A stretch of DNA of 64,000 nucleotides from the NCBI GenBank assembly GCA_964569425.1, contig CAZMVD010000004.1, positions 12,983 through 76,982 on the forward strand, written 5' to 3'. This document shows, one piece after another, positions 17,224 to 26,633 of this stretch. Source of the DNA: an uncultured Phycisphaeraceae bacterium (GTDB lineage: Bacteria > Planctomycetota > Phycisphaerae > UBA1845). The notes under the pieces were generated by a model. That model saw nothing but the letters and a program-made list of their open reading frames with translations, was not told the DNA's origin and ran no database searches. Position 1 is the first letter of the stretch. The number at the start of each line of letters is the position of its first letter. Made by a program: the position numbers and the translations under genes.

Positions 17224-17541
17224 TTAGTAGCGTCGGCCGCCGCCGCCACCGTAGCCGCCGCGTCCGCCGCCACCACCACCGTGGCTGCGGTTTTCTTTCG
17301 GCTTGGCTTCGTTGACCGTCAACGCGCGTCCATCCTGAGACTGCCCGTTGAGTGCGTTGATCGCAGCCTGGGCCTCCTCGTTGGAGCTCATTTCGACGAA
17401 TCCGAAGCCTTTGCTGCGCCCGGTGTCGCGGTCCGTAATGACCTGGGCGGACTCGACCGTGCCGTGAGAAGCGAACATTTGTTCCAAACTCGCGTCTGTG
17501 ATCGAGTAGGCCAGGTTACCCACATACAACTTTCTGCCCAT
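17224..17541 (-). CDS. RRM-type RNA-binding protein with Gly/Arg-rich tail, 105 aa
   Basis: RNP2 KLYVGNL and RNP1 KGFGFVEM motifs are present. The C-terminal tail is GGGGGGRGGYGGGGGRRY. ATG at 17541 has an AGGAGAA SD. Confidence 0.92.
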   Translation of the reverse strand: MGRKLYVGNLAYSITDASLEQMFASHGTVESAQVITDRDTGRSKGFGFVEMSSNEEAQAAINALNGQSQDGRALTVNEAKPKENRSHGGGGGGRGGYGGGGGRRY

Positions 17542-17876
17542 GAAGATTTCTCCTGTAGATAGGGCAATTCGACCCGGCATTTACTTTCAGGGTCGTTCTT
17601 GAAAGAGGCCGAAATCCGGCCTGGAGGCAGGAACAGCGATTTCGCTCACGAGGCGCGGCGTAACCAATCAATCGACGCGGACCTTCTAGCGGGTCGTCAG
17701 ATCCAACCGAGCGGTATTGTAGCGCAAACCCGCCATTGAGCAAGGGGGGAAAAAACGGAAAGGAACCCCGGTGTCAAACGCTCGGGTGCACCCGACCCCG
17801 TACCGGCAGGTCCTTCTTCGCCCGGCCATGGAGCATTCACCCACCACACGTCTCCAGAAATGGGCGACGGCGCGGA

Positions 17877-20800
17877 TTATGCCGGGCGTCCGCCGGTGCC
17901 GGTTTCCGTGGTCGCCGGCTGTCCGACCGATGTTCGTGGTCGCGATGCCAACACTGAAAACAGCGCCGGCAGCATCAGCAGCGTGAGCAGGTTGTCGGAA
18001 ATCACGCCGCCGATCACCACGGTGGCCAGCGGGCGCTGCACTTCGGCTCCGACGCCGGTGTTCAGGGCCATGGGGATGAACCCCAGCGCGGCCACCAAGG
18101 CGGTCATGAGGATCGGCCGCAGGCGGATGAGCCGTGTTTCCTCAATCGCCTGATGCAGCTCCGCCCCGTCGGCCAGGCGCTGGCGGATTGTGGAAACCAG
18201 CACCAGCCCATTGAGCACTGACACGCCCGATACTGCGATGAACCCGATGCCTGCGGAAATGGTAAAGGGCATATCGCGCAACCAGAGCGCGACGACACCG
18301 CCCACTGCGGCGAACGGAGCCCCGGTGAAGACGACCAGTGCGTCGCGCACGCTGTGCATGCTCAGGTACAGAAGTACGAAAACCAAGGCGAGCGAGATGG
18401 GAATCACGACGGTCAGGCGTTGCGCGGCGCGGATGAGGTTTTCGTATTGCCCGCCAAAGCGGAAATAGTAGCCCGCGGGAAGCGAGACCTTCGCTTCGAT
18501 GTGCCGCCGCGCTTCGGCCACAAACCCACCCAGATCGCGCCCGCGGACGTTGGCCTGCACGATGATGCGGCGGCGGCCCCATTCGCGCTGGATGGTCGCG
18601 GGGCCCTCGCTCTGGCGAACGTGCGCCAGTTGGCCAATGGGAATGCGCTGTCCTGCGGGGCCGGGGAGCGGGATGGCGGCGAGCGCCTCGGGATCTGCGC
18701 GGAAGCGATCCGGCAGTCGTATGACGAGGTCGAGGCGTTGCTGGCCCCATCGAATCTGTCCCGCGGGAATTCCGCCCAGGGCGGCCACGATGTCGAGCAC
18801 GTTGCGTGCCGGGATTCCATGGCGTGCGGCGGCGGCTTGATCGACGCGTATTTCGACGACGGGTAATCCGGTGAGTTGCTCGACGGTAACGTCCTCCGCG
18901 CCGGCGATGCCCTCCAGGGCGGCGCGCACTTCGGCGGCCGTTGCGCGGAGTGTGTCCAGATCGTCGCCGAAGATCTTGACGCCGAGGTCGGCGCGGACGC
19001 CGGCGATCATCTCGTTCATGCGCATTTCGATGGGCTGGGTGAAGGTGAGATTCTGGCCGGGAAAGGCGGCGAGTTCGGCGTGCATGGCGTCGGCCAGTTC
19101 GGCCTGCGTGGCAGCTCGTTTCCAGCGTTCGCGCGGCGTGAGCGCCATGAAGACATCCGTGACTTCCAGCCCCATGGGGTCGGTGGAGATTTCGGGGGTA
19201 CCGGTGCGGCTCCAGACGTCGCGGATTTCGTCGGGAAAGCGCTCCAGCAGGAATTGTTCGATCCGGGTGTTGTAGCGCAGCGTTTCCTCCAGCGAAATGC
19301 CCGAGAGACGCACGGCGTTGAACACGATGGCCATTTCGTGGAGCCGCGGCACGAACTCGCTGCCCAGTTGCCGGGACAGCCAGCTGCCGCCGCCAAGCAC
19401 GGCCGCCCCGGCCAGCAACGTCGCGCCACGGAACCGCAATGCCATGCCCAGCAGGGGACGATAGAGCCACTGGGCGGCGCGCACCGCGAAGTTCTCGCGC
19501 TCCCGGACGCGGCGCGACAGGCACAGGCTGGCCAGTACCGGCGTCAGCGTGATGGAGAAGATCAGCGAGCTTAGCAGCGCGAAGATGACGGTGAGCGCCA
19601 TGGGGCGAAACAGTTTTCCCTCGATGCCCTCCAGCAGCAGAATGGGCAGGTACACGACCATGATGATGAGTTCGCCGAACATGGTCGGGCGGCGAACCTC
19701 CACGGCGGCATCGCGCACGATTTCGACGACCGAGCGCGTGTCACGGCGGTCGCCGAGCTTGCGGACGCAGTTTTCGACACTAATGACCGAGCTGTCCACG
19801 ACCAACCCGAAGTCGATGGCGCCCAGGCTCAGCAGGCTGGCGGCGATTCCCGCCTGCAGCATCCAGTGGAAGGCAAAGAGCATGGCCAGGGGAATGGCCA
19901 GCGCGACAATCAGACCGGCGCGCCAGTTGCCCAGGAATACGAACAGCACGGCGACGACGAGCAACGCACCCTCAAACAGGTTGCGCTGGACGGTGGCAAT
20001 GACCTGGTCCACCAGCTCGGTGCGCTCATAGAGCACTTTAACTTCGACGTCGGGCGGAAGAGAGCTGCGGACGTCGGCCAGGCGTTCTTCCAGGCGTTGG
20101 GTCACGACGTGGGCGTTTTCGCCGATGAGCATGAAGCCCAGCCCGTGGACGACCTCGCCGCGCCCGTTAGCCGTCACGCCGCCACGGCGGATTTCGTGTC
20201 CGAAGCGAACTTCGGCGACGTCGTGGACATGAATGGGTACGCCGTCGAATGCGGCGATCATGATGTTGCCGATCTCCGCTTCGTTGACCGGCAAGCTTAC
20301 GCCCTGCACGAGGTGCATTTCGCCGGCGCGAGAGATACTGCCGCCGCCGACGCTGTGATTGTTCTGGGCCAGCGCCTCGCGCAGGTCGTCCAGCGTGAGG
20401 TTGAATTGAATCAGGCGTTCGGGGTCGGCGAGGACATGAAACTGGCGTCGTTCTCCGCCCCAGGTGTTGATTTCGGCGACGCCCGAAACCGACTGGAGCT
20501 GCGGGCGGATCACCCAATCCTGAATGGTGGTCAGTTCCATCAGGCTGCGCGCCGAGCTGGTGACGATGTAATGGAAGATTTCACCCAGTCCGGTGGACAT
20601 GGGCCCGAGCGTCGGTCGATCCACTCCGGGAGGTAATTCGACAGTGCCAAGTTGCTCAGTGACCAACTGGCGGGCGAGGTGCAGGTCGGTGCCGTCGTCG
20701 AAGATGGCGTTGATCTGGACGAAACCGAACTTGGAGACTGAGCGGATCTCCGCGAGCCGCGGCAGTCCTCCAAAGGCACGCTCGATGGGAAGGGTTACCT

Positions 20801-20990
20801 GTTGTTCGATCTCCACGGGCGACAGTGCGGGCGCGACGGCGTTGACCTGGACCATGACCGGCGTGGTGTCGGGGAAGGCATCGATCGGCAGTCGCGACAA
20901 GGCGTGCAGACCGATAACGACCAGCGTGGCGGCAGCCACCACGACCAGAAACCGGTTGTGCAGCGACCAGGAAATCACCCCATTGAGCAT
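17877..20990 (-). CDS. czcA: CzcA/CusA-family heavy-metal efflux RND permease, 1037 aa
   Basis: The N-terminus MLNGVISWSLHNRFLVVV...LPIDAFPDTTPVMVQV is typical of the HME-RND family. It has 12-TM RND architecture with two large periplasmic loops. ATG at 20990 lies 20 nt after the adaptor stop. Confidence 0.92.
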   Translation of the reverse strand: MLNGVISWSLHNRFLVVVAAATLVVIGLHALSRLPIDAFPDTTPVMVQVNAVAPALSPVEIEQQVTLPIERAFGGLPRLAEIRSVSKFGFVQINAIFDDGTDLHLARQLVTEQLGTVELPPGVDRPTLGPMSTGLGEIFHYIVTSSARSLMELTTIQDWVIRPQLQSVSGVAEINTWGGERRQFHVLADPERLIQFNLTLDDLREALAQNNHSVGGGSISRAGEMHLVQGVSLPVNEAEIGNIMIAAFDGVPIHVHDVAEVRFGHEIRRGGVTANGRGEVVHGLGFMLIGENAHVVTQRLEERLADVRSSLPPDVEVKVLYERTELVDQVIATVQRNLFEGALLVVAVLFVFLGNWRAGLIVALAIPLAMLFAFHWMLQAGIAASLLSLGAIDFGLVVDSSVISVENCVRKLGDRRDTRSVVEIVRDAAVEVRRPTMFGELIIMVVYLPILLLEGIEGKLFRPMALTVIFALLSSLIFSITLTPVLASLCLSRRVRERENFAVRAAQWLYRPLLGMALRFRGATLLAGAAVLGGGSWLSRQLGSEFVPRLHEMAIVFNAVRLSGISLEETLRYNTRIEQFLLERFPDEIRDVWSRTGTPEISTDPMGLEVTDVFMALTPRERWKRAATQAELADAMHAELAAFPGQNLTFTQPIEMRMNEMIAGVRADLGVKIFGDDLDTLRATAAEVRAALEGIAGAEDVTVEQLTGLPVVEIRVDQAAAARHGIPARNVLDIVAALGGIPAGQIRWGQQRLDLVIRLPDRFRADPEALAAIPLPGPAGQRIPIGQLAHVRQSEGPATIQREWGRRRIIVQANVRGRDLGGFVAEARRHIEAKVSLPAGYYFRFGGQYENLIRAAQRLTVVIPISLALVFVLLYLSMHSVRDALVVFTGAPFAAVGGVVALWLRDMPFTISAGIGFIAVSGVSVLNGLVLVSTIRQRLADGAELHQAIEETRLIRLRPILMTALVAALGFIPMALNTGVGAEVQRPLATVVIGGVISDNLLTLLMLPALFSVLASRPRTSVGQPATTETGTGGRPA

Positions 20991-21010
20991 CGCGTGGCCC
21001 TTTCGCGCAG

Positions 21011-22528
21011 CTAGCGTTTCTGCTTGAAATCGTCGGGACAGCAACCGGCGCCGATTTCGCCTTTGAGGATCTCGGTCTTGAGCAGGTAGCTCCCCGCGAC
21101 CACGACGGGTTCACCCTCGCGTACGCCCTCGTGGACTTCGAACAGGCCGTCGATCGGCAGCCCGAGGCGCACCGGGCGCGGTTGAAACATCGTGGCGCTC
21201 TCGCGCACAAACACGACATTGCAGCACCCGTCCCATTGCACCGCGTTCTGGGGAACCACCAGTGCATCCGGTTCCTCGCGCCAGGGTACGATGGCCTGCG
21301 CGAATCGGTTGGCCTGCAGCAACCCGTCGCGATTTTCGAACTCCGCGCGTGCTTTGAGCGTGCGGGTACGCGGATCGAGCGCCGTGCTTACCCAGGTAAT
21401 CTGCCCATCGAACGGGTCTCCATCGACCCCGTCGAAGACCAGGGTAACGGGCATTCCGGTGCGCAGTCGCACGCGGGCGTCGGCCAGGTCGAGCCACGCC
21501 CACATGCGCGAGGTGTCGGCCAGGGCAAAGAGCGTCCGCGCGGTGTCCACGGTTTCTCCGGCCACGATGTTTCTTTCGACGATTTCACCGGCGAACGGCG
21601 CTGTGAGCGGGAGGAGGGGGGACATGTCGCCGCTTTCCGCGACACGGCGGACTTCGTCCTCGGGCAAGCCGAGGTTGCGAAGTCGCTGCAGGGCGCGTGT
21701 TTCGGCGATGCGCGCTTCTGTCACGCGGCTTTCGAGTTCCTGGACCTCGCGGCGACTGGCGATGCCGGACGATTCCAACTCCCGATCGCGTTTGAGGTTT
21801 GCGGTGTACAGTTCGATCATGGCCCGCGCATGCAGCAGTTCTGCCTTCGCCTCGGCCAGTCCGGGCGAATCGATGATGGCCAATACGTCTCCGGTCTGGA
21901 TCGCTGCGCCGAGATCGGCGCGTACCTCGCGTACGACACCGGCCACGCGCGGCGCGAGCCGCGCCAGGCGGTTTTCGTCGTAGGCGATCTCCGCGGGGCA
22001 GGTGACGGTATGGCGGATGGGGCGGCGTTCGACCGGTGCGAAGGTAAACCCGGCGCGCCGCGCCACTTCGGGATCGGCCAGCCGGATCTTGGTGTTTCTG
22101 TTCGTGCAGTCACGGGCAGGTGTTCGTTGACTTCGCGGCAACGCCGCTTCGGTGTTTTCGGCCGGAGGTTCGTCCTCCGCGACGTCGTTTTCGGGATTGA
22201 GTTTGGCCCAGCGCGCCGCCACTTCCGGATGGCAACGGGTGCACTGTGATTCGGGCAGAAGGTGTTCGCCGCACCAGTCGCCCGCAGCCTTGAAGGTTTC
22301 GATGAGGGAATCGTCACAGCGCGTACAAACCGATTCGGGGACGCCGTGCCCTCCGCACCAGCCGTCGTCCAGGTGCGGGTGGACGGGACTGGACTCGGGT
22401 CCCAAGTTGGCGGGGGCTTCCGCCCTTAGCGCGCCCGGCGGTTCGAGGCGCGGTTTGCAACCCGGTAGGAACAGCGCCGCCGCCGCGAGAAATACGAACA
22501 ACTTCCTGGATTGGTAGTTCCTGGTCAT
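21011..22528 (-). CDS. czcB: RND efflux periplasmic adaptor (CzcB/HlyD family) with lipobox and duplicated N-terminal Cys/His motif, 505 aa
   Basis: ATG at 22528 gives MTRNYQSRKLFVFLAAAALFLPGC (lipobox). Duplicated motifs follow: WCGGHGVPESVCTRC and WCGEHLLPESQCTRCH. The rest is a barrel-sandwich/coiled-coil/beta-barrel adaptor core (GDVLAIIDSPGLAEAKAELL...). The C-terminus ends GAGCCPDDFKQKR. Confidence 0.85.
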   Translation of the reverse strand: MTRNYQSRKLFVFLAAAALFLPGCKPRLEPPGALRAEAPANLGPESSPVHPHLDDGWCGGHGVPESVCTRCDDSLIETFKAAGDWCGEHLLPESQCTRCHPEVAARWAKLNPENDVAEDEPPAENTEAALPRSQRTPARDCTNRNTKIRLADPEVARRAGFTFAPVERRPIRHTVTCPAEIAYDENRLARLAPRVAGVVREVRADLGAAIQTGDVLAIIDSPGLAEAKAELLHARAMIELYTANLKRDRELESSGIASRREVQELESRVTEARIAETRALQRLRNLGLPEDEVRRVAESGDMSPLLPLTAPFAGEIVERNIVAGETVDTARTLFALADTSRMWAWLDLADARVRLRTGMPVTLVFDGVDGDPFDGQITWVSTALDPRTRTLKARAEFENRDGLLQANRFAQAIVPWREEPDALVVPQNAVQWDGCCNVVFVRESATMFQPRPVRLGLPIDGLFEVHEGVREGEPVVVAGSYLLKTEILKGEIGAGCCPDDFKQKR

Positions 22529-22712
22529 CGTTTTTTCGCCTTCATTGAAAGGAAGGACTTCAGAAACCCACGGTGGTGCCCGAGTGGGAGCAACCAGGCT
22601 CGGTTCTGTCAGCCCGAGGCGCATCGGATTCGCGAGCGCGCATCCCATTCCGTATCGCCGCAGCGGTGACACGGAAACGTCAGACAAACGGAGGAGCCGG
22701 CAGCGCGCGGAA

Positions 22713-23084
22713 TCAGATGAGAAGGGGAAGGACTCGTTGCTCGCCGGGCGGAACGGAGCGCAGGCCGTCGGCGGCGTTCACCGACCGGCCGGAGTCGCAA
22801 AGTCCATCGTGGGCGTCCTGCGGCCGCGCCGTAAATGGAGCCGAGTGGTCGACGTGGATGGTCTCGGTCCTTTCGGGAGTGACCCCGTGGCCGGAACAGA
22901 AGCAAGGCGCCGGCGGAGGCGTAGAAGGAGCGGAAGGCGTTTGCGGGGCGGTGTTGCGTCGGTCATGGTCGCAACAGTCCCGCGGGGCGCTGCCGTCGGG
23001 TTCGGCATGGGCGCGCACGCCGCAGAGCAGCGGGCAGGCGCCCGCGATCCAAAGGACCAGCATGGGGGAAACGGCCCGATTCAT
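22713..23084 (-). CDS. Small secreted Cys/His-rich protein, 123 aa (putative periplasmic metal-binding accessory of the czc locus)
   Basis: Signal peptide MNRAVSPMLVLWIAGACPLLCGVRAHA. Mature part carries CCDHD, CFCSGHG and HVDH clusters. Codon third positions are strongly G/C as in neighbouring real genes. TATACT sits 6 nt upstream of the ATG. I recognise no homology, so the function is a guess from context. Confidence 0.45.
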   Translation of the reverse strand: MNRAVSPMLVLWIAGACPLLCGVRAHAEPDGSAPRDCCDHDRRNTAPQTPSAPSTPPPAPCFCSGHGVTPERTETIHVDHSAPFTARPQDAHDGLCDSGRSVNAADGLRSVPPGEQRVLPLLI

Positions 23085-23231
23085 TACGTGAGTATATCGG
23101 CGTATTCCGCTTGTCGTCCAGCTTGAAAGTCGGTTCGGCCGGCCAGGTTGCCCGGTGCCGGCCCGCGCCGGAGGGGCAGCACCTCCCGTTTCCGGGTGCC
23201 AACGACCGAGTGGGCGACAAACGTTCCAAGG

Positions 23232-24638
23232 TCAGGGTTCGCCGCCCGGAGAAGGGCCGACAACAGGTAGCGACACGCCCGAGCGGCCGGTATCGGCCGC
23301 CGGGGCGGTGGTCACGCGGGCACCGACCGCTTCCATGTCGCCGCCGATATCTTCGACGAAAACGTCCTCGAGGTCGGTCTTGTCCACGTCGCGGCGCAGC
23401 AGGAAGTAGAGCACAGTGCTGGCGCAATAGTAGAAGGACGCCAGAAATGCAAACATCACCCCGACAACGATCATGACGTAGACGCCGATGATCGCGGCGG
23501 AGACGCAGTCGTACCAGGTGAGCGCGCTCCAGTCGGGCCAGGCGTGCAGAGCGCTGGGGCTGCGGAGCGGCCAGAGCGCCTCAAGCTTGGCCACCGCCGC
23601 TTCGCCCGTGCCGCGCTGCCCCCACCAGCCGAACGGTGCGGTTGCCGCGCCCACCACGCCGCGCGTGATGGATAGCGCAAAGTAAGTGAACAGGTTCACG
23701 AACATCCAGCAGATGCTGACATAGATCAGTGCGAGAATGCCGTAAAGCAGTGTTTTCCACGGTTTGCTGAAGGCGTAGCTCAGGCTGCGCGCGAAGGCGT
23801 CGTAGGCGTCCTGCGCCTCGGCCGCAACCGCAGGCCACATCAGGCTCCCGCCCACGGCCAATCCCACCAGCAGAATGGCGACCACAAATCCCCCCACAAC
23901 GGGGAGAAAGAAAGTGAGTCCACCGATCACGTCCCCAAGGACGGGGATTGACAGGAACAACCCGAAGAGAAACATCAGCAAGACCACGCCAGCGGCAAAC
24001 AGCAGGGGGATGCATGGTGCCAGCACGAAACCACCGAACAGATTGTCACGGGAAAAGCGCAACCCCTGGGACATCGTCAGCTTCTCGTCGCGCGCGAATT
24101 GCACCGCCGCCACGCGACAAATCGCGCCGCCCCCCAACGCCCAAATCAACAGCATGCCACTGCCGAACAACAGGAAGAAAACGAAGTGTTCGCGACACAT
24201 CCACCAGGTTCCATAAGCCAGCGCCGACAGACTGCGCAGCGGACGCATGTTCGCATGGGTTGCGAGGTACTCGCCCAGGGATGTGCCTGCCGCCATCGAC
24301 ATACCGGGTACGGTCGAACCCATCAACCCGAAGACCGATCGTTGGGCGTGCTCGCGCCACACTTCGAAGATGCCATGATCGCCGGGCAGCGTCTCATAAG
24401 TGCTGCCCAACTCTCGCGCCATGATGAATCGATCGATGGCCGCTGCGTCCACGCCCCCGCGCAGACACCAGACACTGTCAAGCAGGGTGCCAAAAACGAA
24501 GGTTGCGATGATCGCCACCAGCGCCAGGCCGAGCTTGGCGGGCTGCACGGCCATGCCCAACGTGCGGAAAATGTGCAGCAGTCCGCTGTCTTCCAGCCAG
24601 GTACGATGATTGTCCGGCGTGGGCGGTGGTGTTGTCAT
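23232..24638 (-). CDS. Polytopic integral membrane protein of unknown function, 468 aa
   Basis: AAGGAG SD precedes the ATG at 24638. There are at least 8 long hydrophobic segments (e.g. LGLALVAIIATFVFGTLL, FVFFLLFGSGMLLIWALGGGAI, GFVVAILLVGLAVGG, IIGVYVMIVVGVMFAFLASFYY). I recognise no family motif. Confidence 0.6.
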   Translation of the reverse strand: MTTPPPTPDNHRTWLEDSGLLHIFRTLGMAVQPAKLGLALVAIIATFVFGTLLDSVWCLRGGVDAAAIDRFIMARELGSTYETLPGDHGIFEVWREHAQRSVFGLMGSTVPGMSMAAGTSLGEYLATHANMRPLRSLSALAYGTWWMCREHFVFFLLFGSGMLLIWALGGGAICRVAAVQFARDEKLTMSQGLRFSRDNLFGGFVLAPCIPLLFAAGVVLLMFLFGLFLSIPVLGDVIGGLTFFLPVVGGFVVAILLVGLAVGGSLMWPAVAAEAQDAYDAFARSLSYAFSKPWKTLLYGILALIYVSICWMFVNLFTYFALSITRGVVGAATAPFGWWGQRGTGEAAVAKLEALWPLRSPSALHAWPDWSALTWYDCVSAAIIGVYVMIVVGVMFAFLASFYYCASTVLYFLLRRDVDKTDLEDVFVEDIGGDMEAVGARVTTAPAADTGRSGVSLPVVGPSPGGEP

Positions 24639-24974
24639 GAGCCGCTCCTTCGTGGTGTCGGGTTGCGTGTTTTCGAACGATGAAGCCGAGCATGGGCATT
24701 ATAATTGCTCGGGGCGCCCGAGAAAGGGACGACCTGCAAGGGTCTGATCCCTACGTCGGACAAACCGACAGATTTGGTGTCGGTGCTTCGCGGTGCTGCC
24801 GCGTCCGGGGGGCGCCGGGTCCCATTCTCAAATTGCAATCTATTGGGATTGCTGAAGATACGGGCGCTGCCGTGAGGCGGTCGTTGACTCAATGTTGGCG
24901 TAAATCCTGTTTTTTCGCCGCGCTTTTACGGTGGGATTGCAGCGGTGCGGGAGTCGTTTTTCGCCGGGAATTTC

Positions 24975-25003
24975 TGGCAAATCGCGTGTGGATCGGCTAT
25001 ACT
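24975..25003 (+). promoter_or_regulatory. Sigma-70-like promoter candidate (TGGCAA-N17-TATACT)
   Basis: Read directly: TGGCAA at 24975-24980, a 17-nt spacer, TATACT at 24998-25003. It lies inside a 706-bp gap with no credible CDS and points toward the terminator at 25226-25254. Confidence 0.25.
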
Positions 25004-25225
25004 CCTGATAGTCTGATCGGCGCAGCTTTCATGCTCGATCCGGGAGCAAATATTGGCTGAACCGATAAAGGACCCTGCGGAGGCCCCAAGTGCTGCGCCA
25101 TACGACGTACCGACCCCTTTGAGGTTGGCGGTCCGGGTGCCACGGGGTCACCCACCTTATGTATAGGGTTCTGTCAAGCGCTTCCGCCGGCATTGCGACG
25201 GTTGCCCGTTCGGACGGTTTTGGTG

Positions 25226-25254
25226 AAGGCCTGCGCCAGGCGCGGGCCTTTTTT
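25226..25254 (+). terminator. Strong plus-strand intrinsic terminator with no upstream CDS
   Basis: AAGGCCTGCG-CCAGG-CGCGGGCCTT forms a 10-bp stem (one G-U) with a 5-nt loop. It runs into TTTTTT (25249-25254). In the minus-strand reading the hairpin is not followed by a U-tract, so it is plus-strand specific. Confidence 0.5.
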
Positions 25255-25344
25255 CATCGGGCGGGCCTCGGTAGCGAGGGGGCTTATTCTCCTCGCTCTG
25301 TCTTCTTGCAGCATTTCTCGACGCTACGGGTATACTGACTCGGT

Positions 25345-26559
25345 ATGAACGGGCTGGTACTCTTCGAAGACGATCGCTGGGACGATTTGCTGCCCCTTAC
25401 CTATTGGCGCACGGTCTTTGAACTTCAGGTGGGACGGCACCTGCAACTGGATCGAATCGCCCAGCGATTGGGAACCGCTGTCGCAGGTGTGTGGACGCGC
25501 GATTGGATGGCGCGCGTCGCCGCCCAGCGTTGTGGGGCGCTGGTGAATCAACCGTTGGCTGCTCCGGCCATTCTGGTCAACGGGCGCTGGGTTCCGGATG
25601 GCCCGGTGGCACTCCCCGACCGACCGTGCGTCGGGTTGATCGATGATGAAGTCGTGGTGGTAGTCTGTGACACGAGTTGCATCGGGCGATTCAGTTCGGA
25701 GATCATGCTGGATGGGTCGCGGCGCCGCCAAGCCGTGGCCGGGTTGGAGCAGATCACGCTTTCGGGCCGGCTGGTTCGATACGCGTGGGACATAGTGGGC
25801 GAACTTCCTGAACGCCTTGCGGGCGATTGGCAACCGGCGGACGCGACCATCGAAACGGAATTGGCCCCCGGCACGCTTTCCGGCTCGAAGCAGGACCTGC
25901 ACGCGGGGCAGCGCACGCGCATCCACCCCACGGCCGTACTGGATACCACAGCGGGCCCTGTTTATGTAAGCCACGACGTGCAGGTCGGGCCGTGCGCCGT
26001 GATCGAGGGTCCGGCGTATATCGGCCCGGGTACGCGTGTCAATGCCCATGCCTGGCTGCATGGTGGCAACGCCATCGGTCCGGTGTGCCGCGTGGGGGGG
26101 GAAATGCACGGGTGCGTCGTGCTCGGCTACACCAACAAGCACCATCTGGGTTTTCTGGGGCACGCCTACATCGGAAGCTGGGTGAACATCGGCGCCGGCA
26201 CGTGCAATTCGGATTTGAAGAACACTTATGGATCGGTTCGAGTGCCACACCAGGGTACCAAAGTGGACACGCGGCAACCGTTTTTCGGCTGCGTGATCGG
26301 CGACCATGCCAAGCTGGGCATCGGCACGCTTATCCCTACGGGTGCGGTGATCGGCTTTGCGGCCACGTCCGCCGGCGGTGGCCTGCTGCCGCTTTGGGTG
26401 CCGTCGTTCGGATGGTTCACCGCAGGCGGCGCGAGCGAGGGCGACCCGGCGCGTCTGCTTGACGTGGCGTCACGGGTGATGGGGCGGCGCAACGTGGACC
26501 TGACCGACGAGGAAGTGGAGCTGTTTCTCGATCTCGGGACGCGCGTTCGCCATTTATGA
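25345..26559 (+). CDS. Putative sugar nucleotidyltransferase with C-terminal left-handed beta-helix (GlmU-like architecture), 404 aa
   Basis: The N-terminal segment MNGLVLFEDDRWDDLLPLTYWR resembles the putative-sugar-nucleotidyl-transferase family. The C-terminal half is an obvious hexapeptide-repeat run (GPCAVIEGPAYIGPGTRVNAHAWLHGGNAIGPVCRVGGEMHGCVVLGYTNK...GSWVNIGAGTCNSDL). Confidence 0.72.
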   Translation: MNGLVLFEDDRWDDLLPLTYWRTVFELQVGRHLQLDRIAQRLGTAVAGVWTRDWMARVAAQRCGALVNQPLAAPAILVNGRWVPDGPVALPDRPCVGLIDDEVVVVVCDTSCIGRFSSEIMLDGSRRRQAVAGLEQITLSGRLVRYAWDIVGELPERLAGDWQPADATIETELAPGTLSGSKQDLHAGQRTRIHPTAVLDTTAGPVYVSHDVQVGPCAVIEGPAYIGPGTRVNAHAWLHGGNAIGPVCRVGGEMHGCVVLGYTNKHHLGFLGHAYIGSWVNIGAGTCNSDLKNTYGSVRVPHQGTKVDTRQPFFGCVIGDHAKLGIGTLIPTGAVIGFAATSAGGGLLPLWVPSFGWFTAGGASEGDPARLLDVASRVMGRRNVDLTDEEVELFLDLGTRVRHL

Positions 26560-26633
26560 CCGATGCGTGGACTGCCCCGGGGGCGCACGATCGGCGCGTA
26601 GACATTCCGTGGCCATCCGCGGGCCCGGCGGTT

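Noticed and set aside
24680-25060. 126-aa plus-strand ORF in the 706-bp gap
   Set aside because: The composition and sequence (…GARERDDLQGSDPYVGQTDRFGVGASRCCRVRGAPG…) are not protein-like. There is no SD, and it ends 165 nt before the terminator. I treat the interval as non-coding with a possible RNA.
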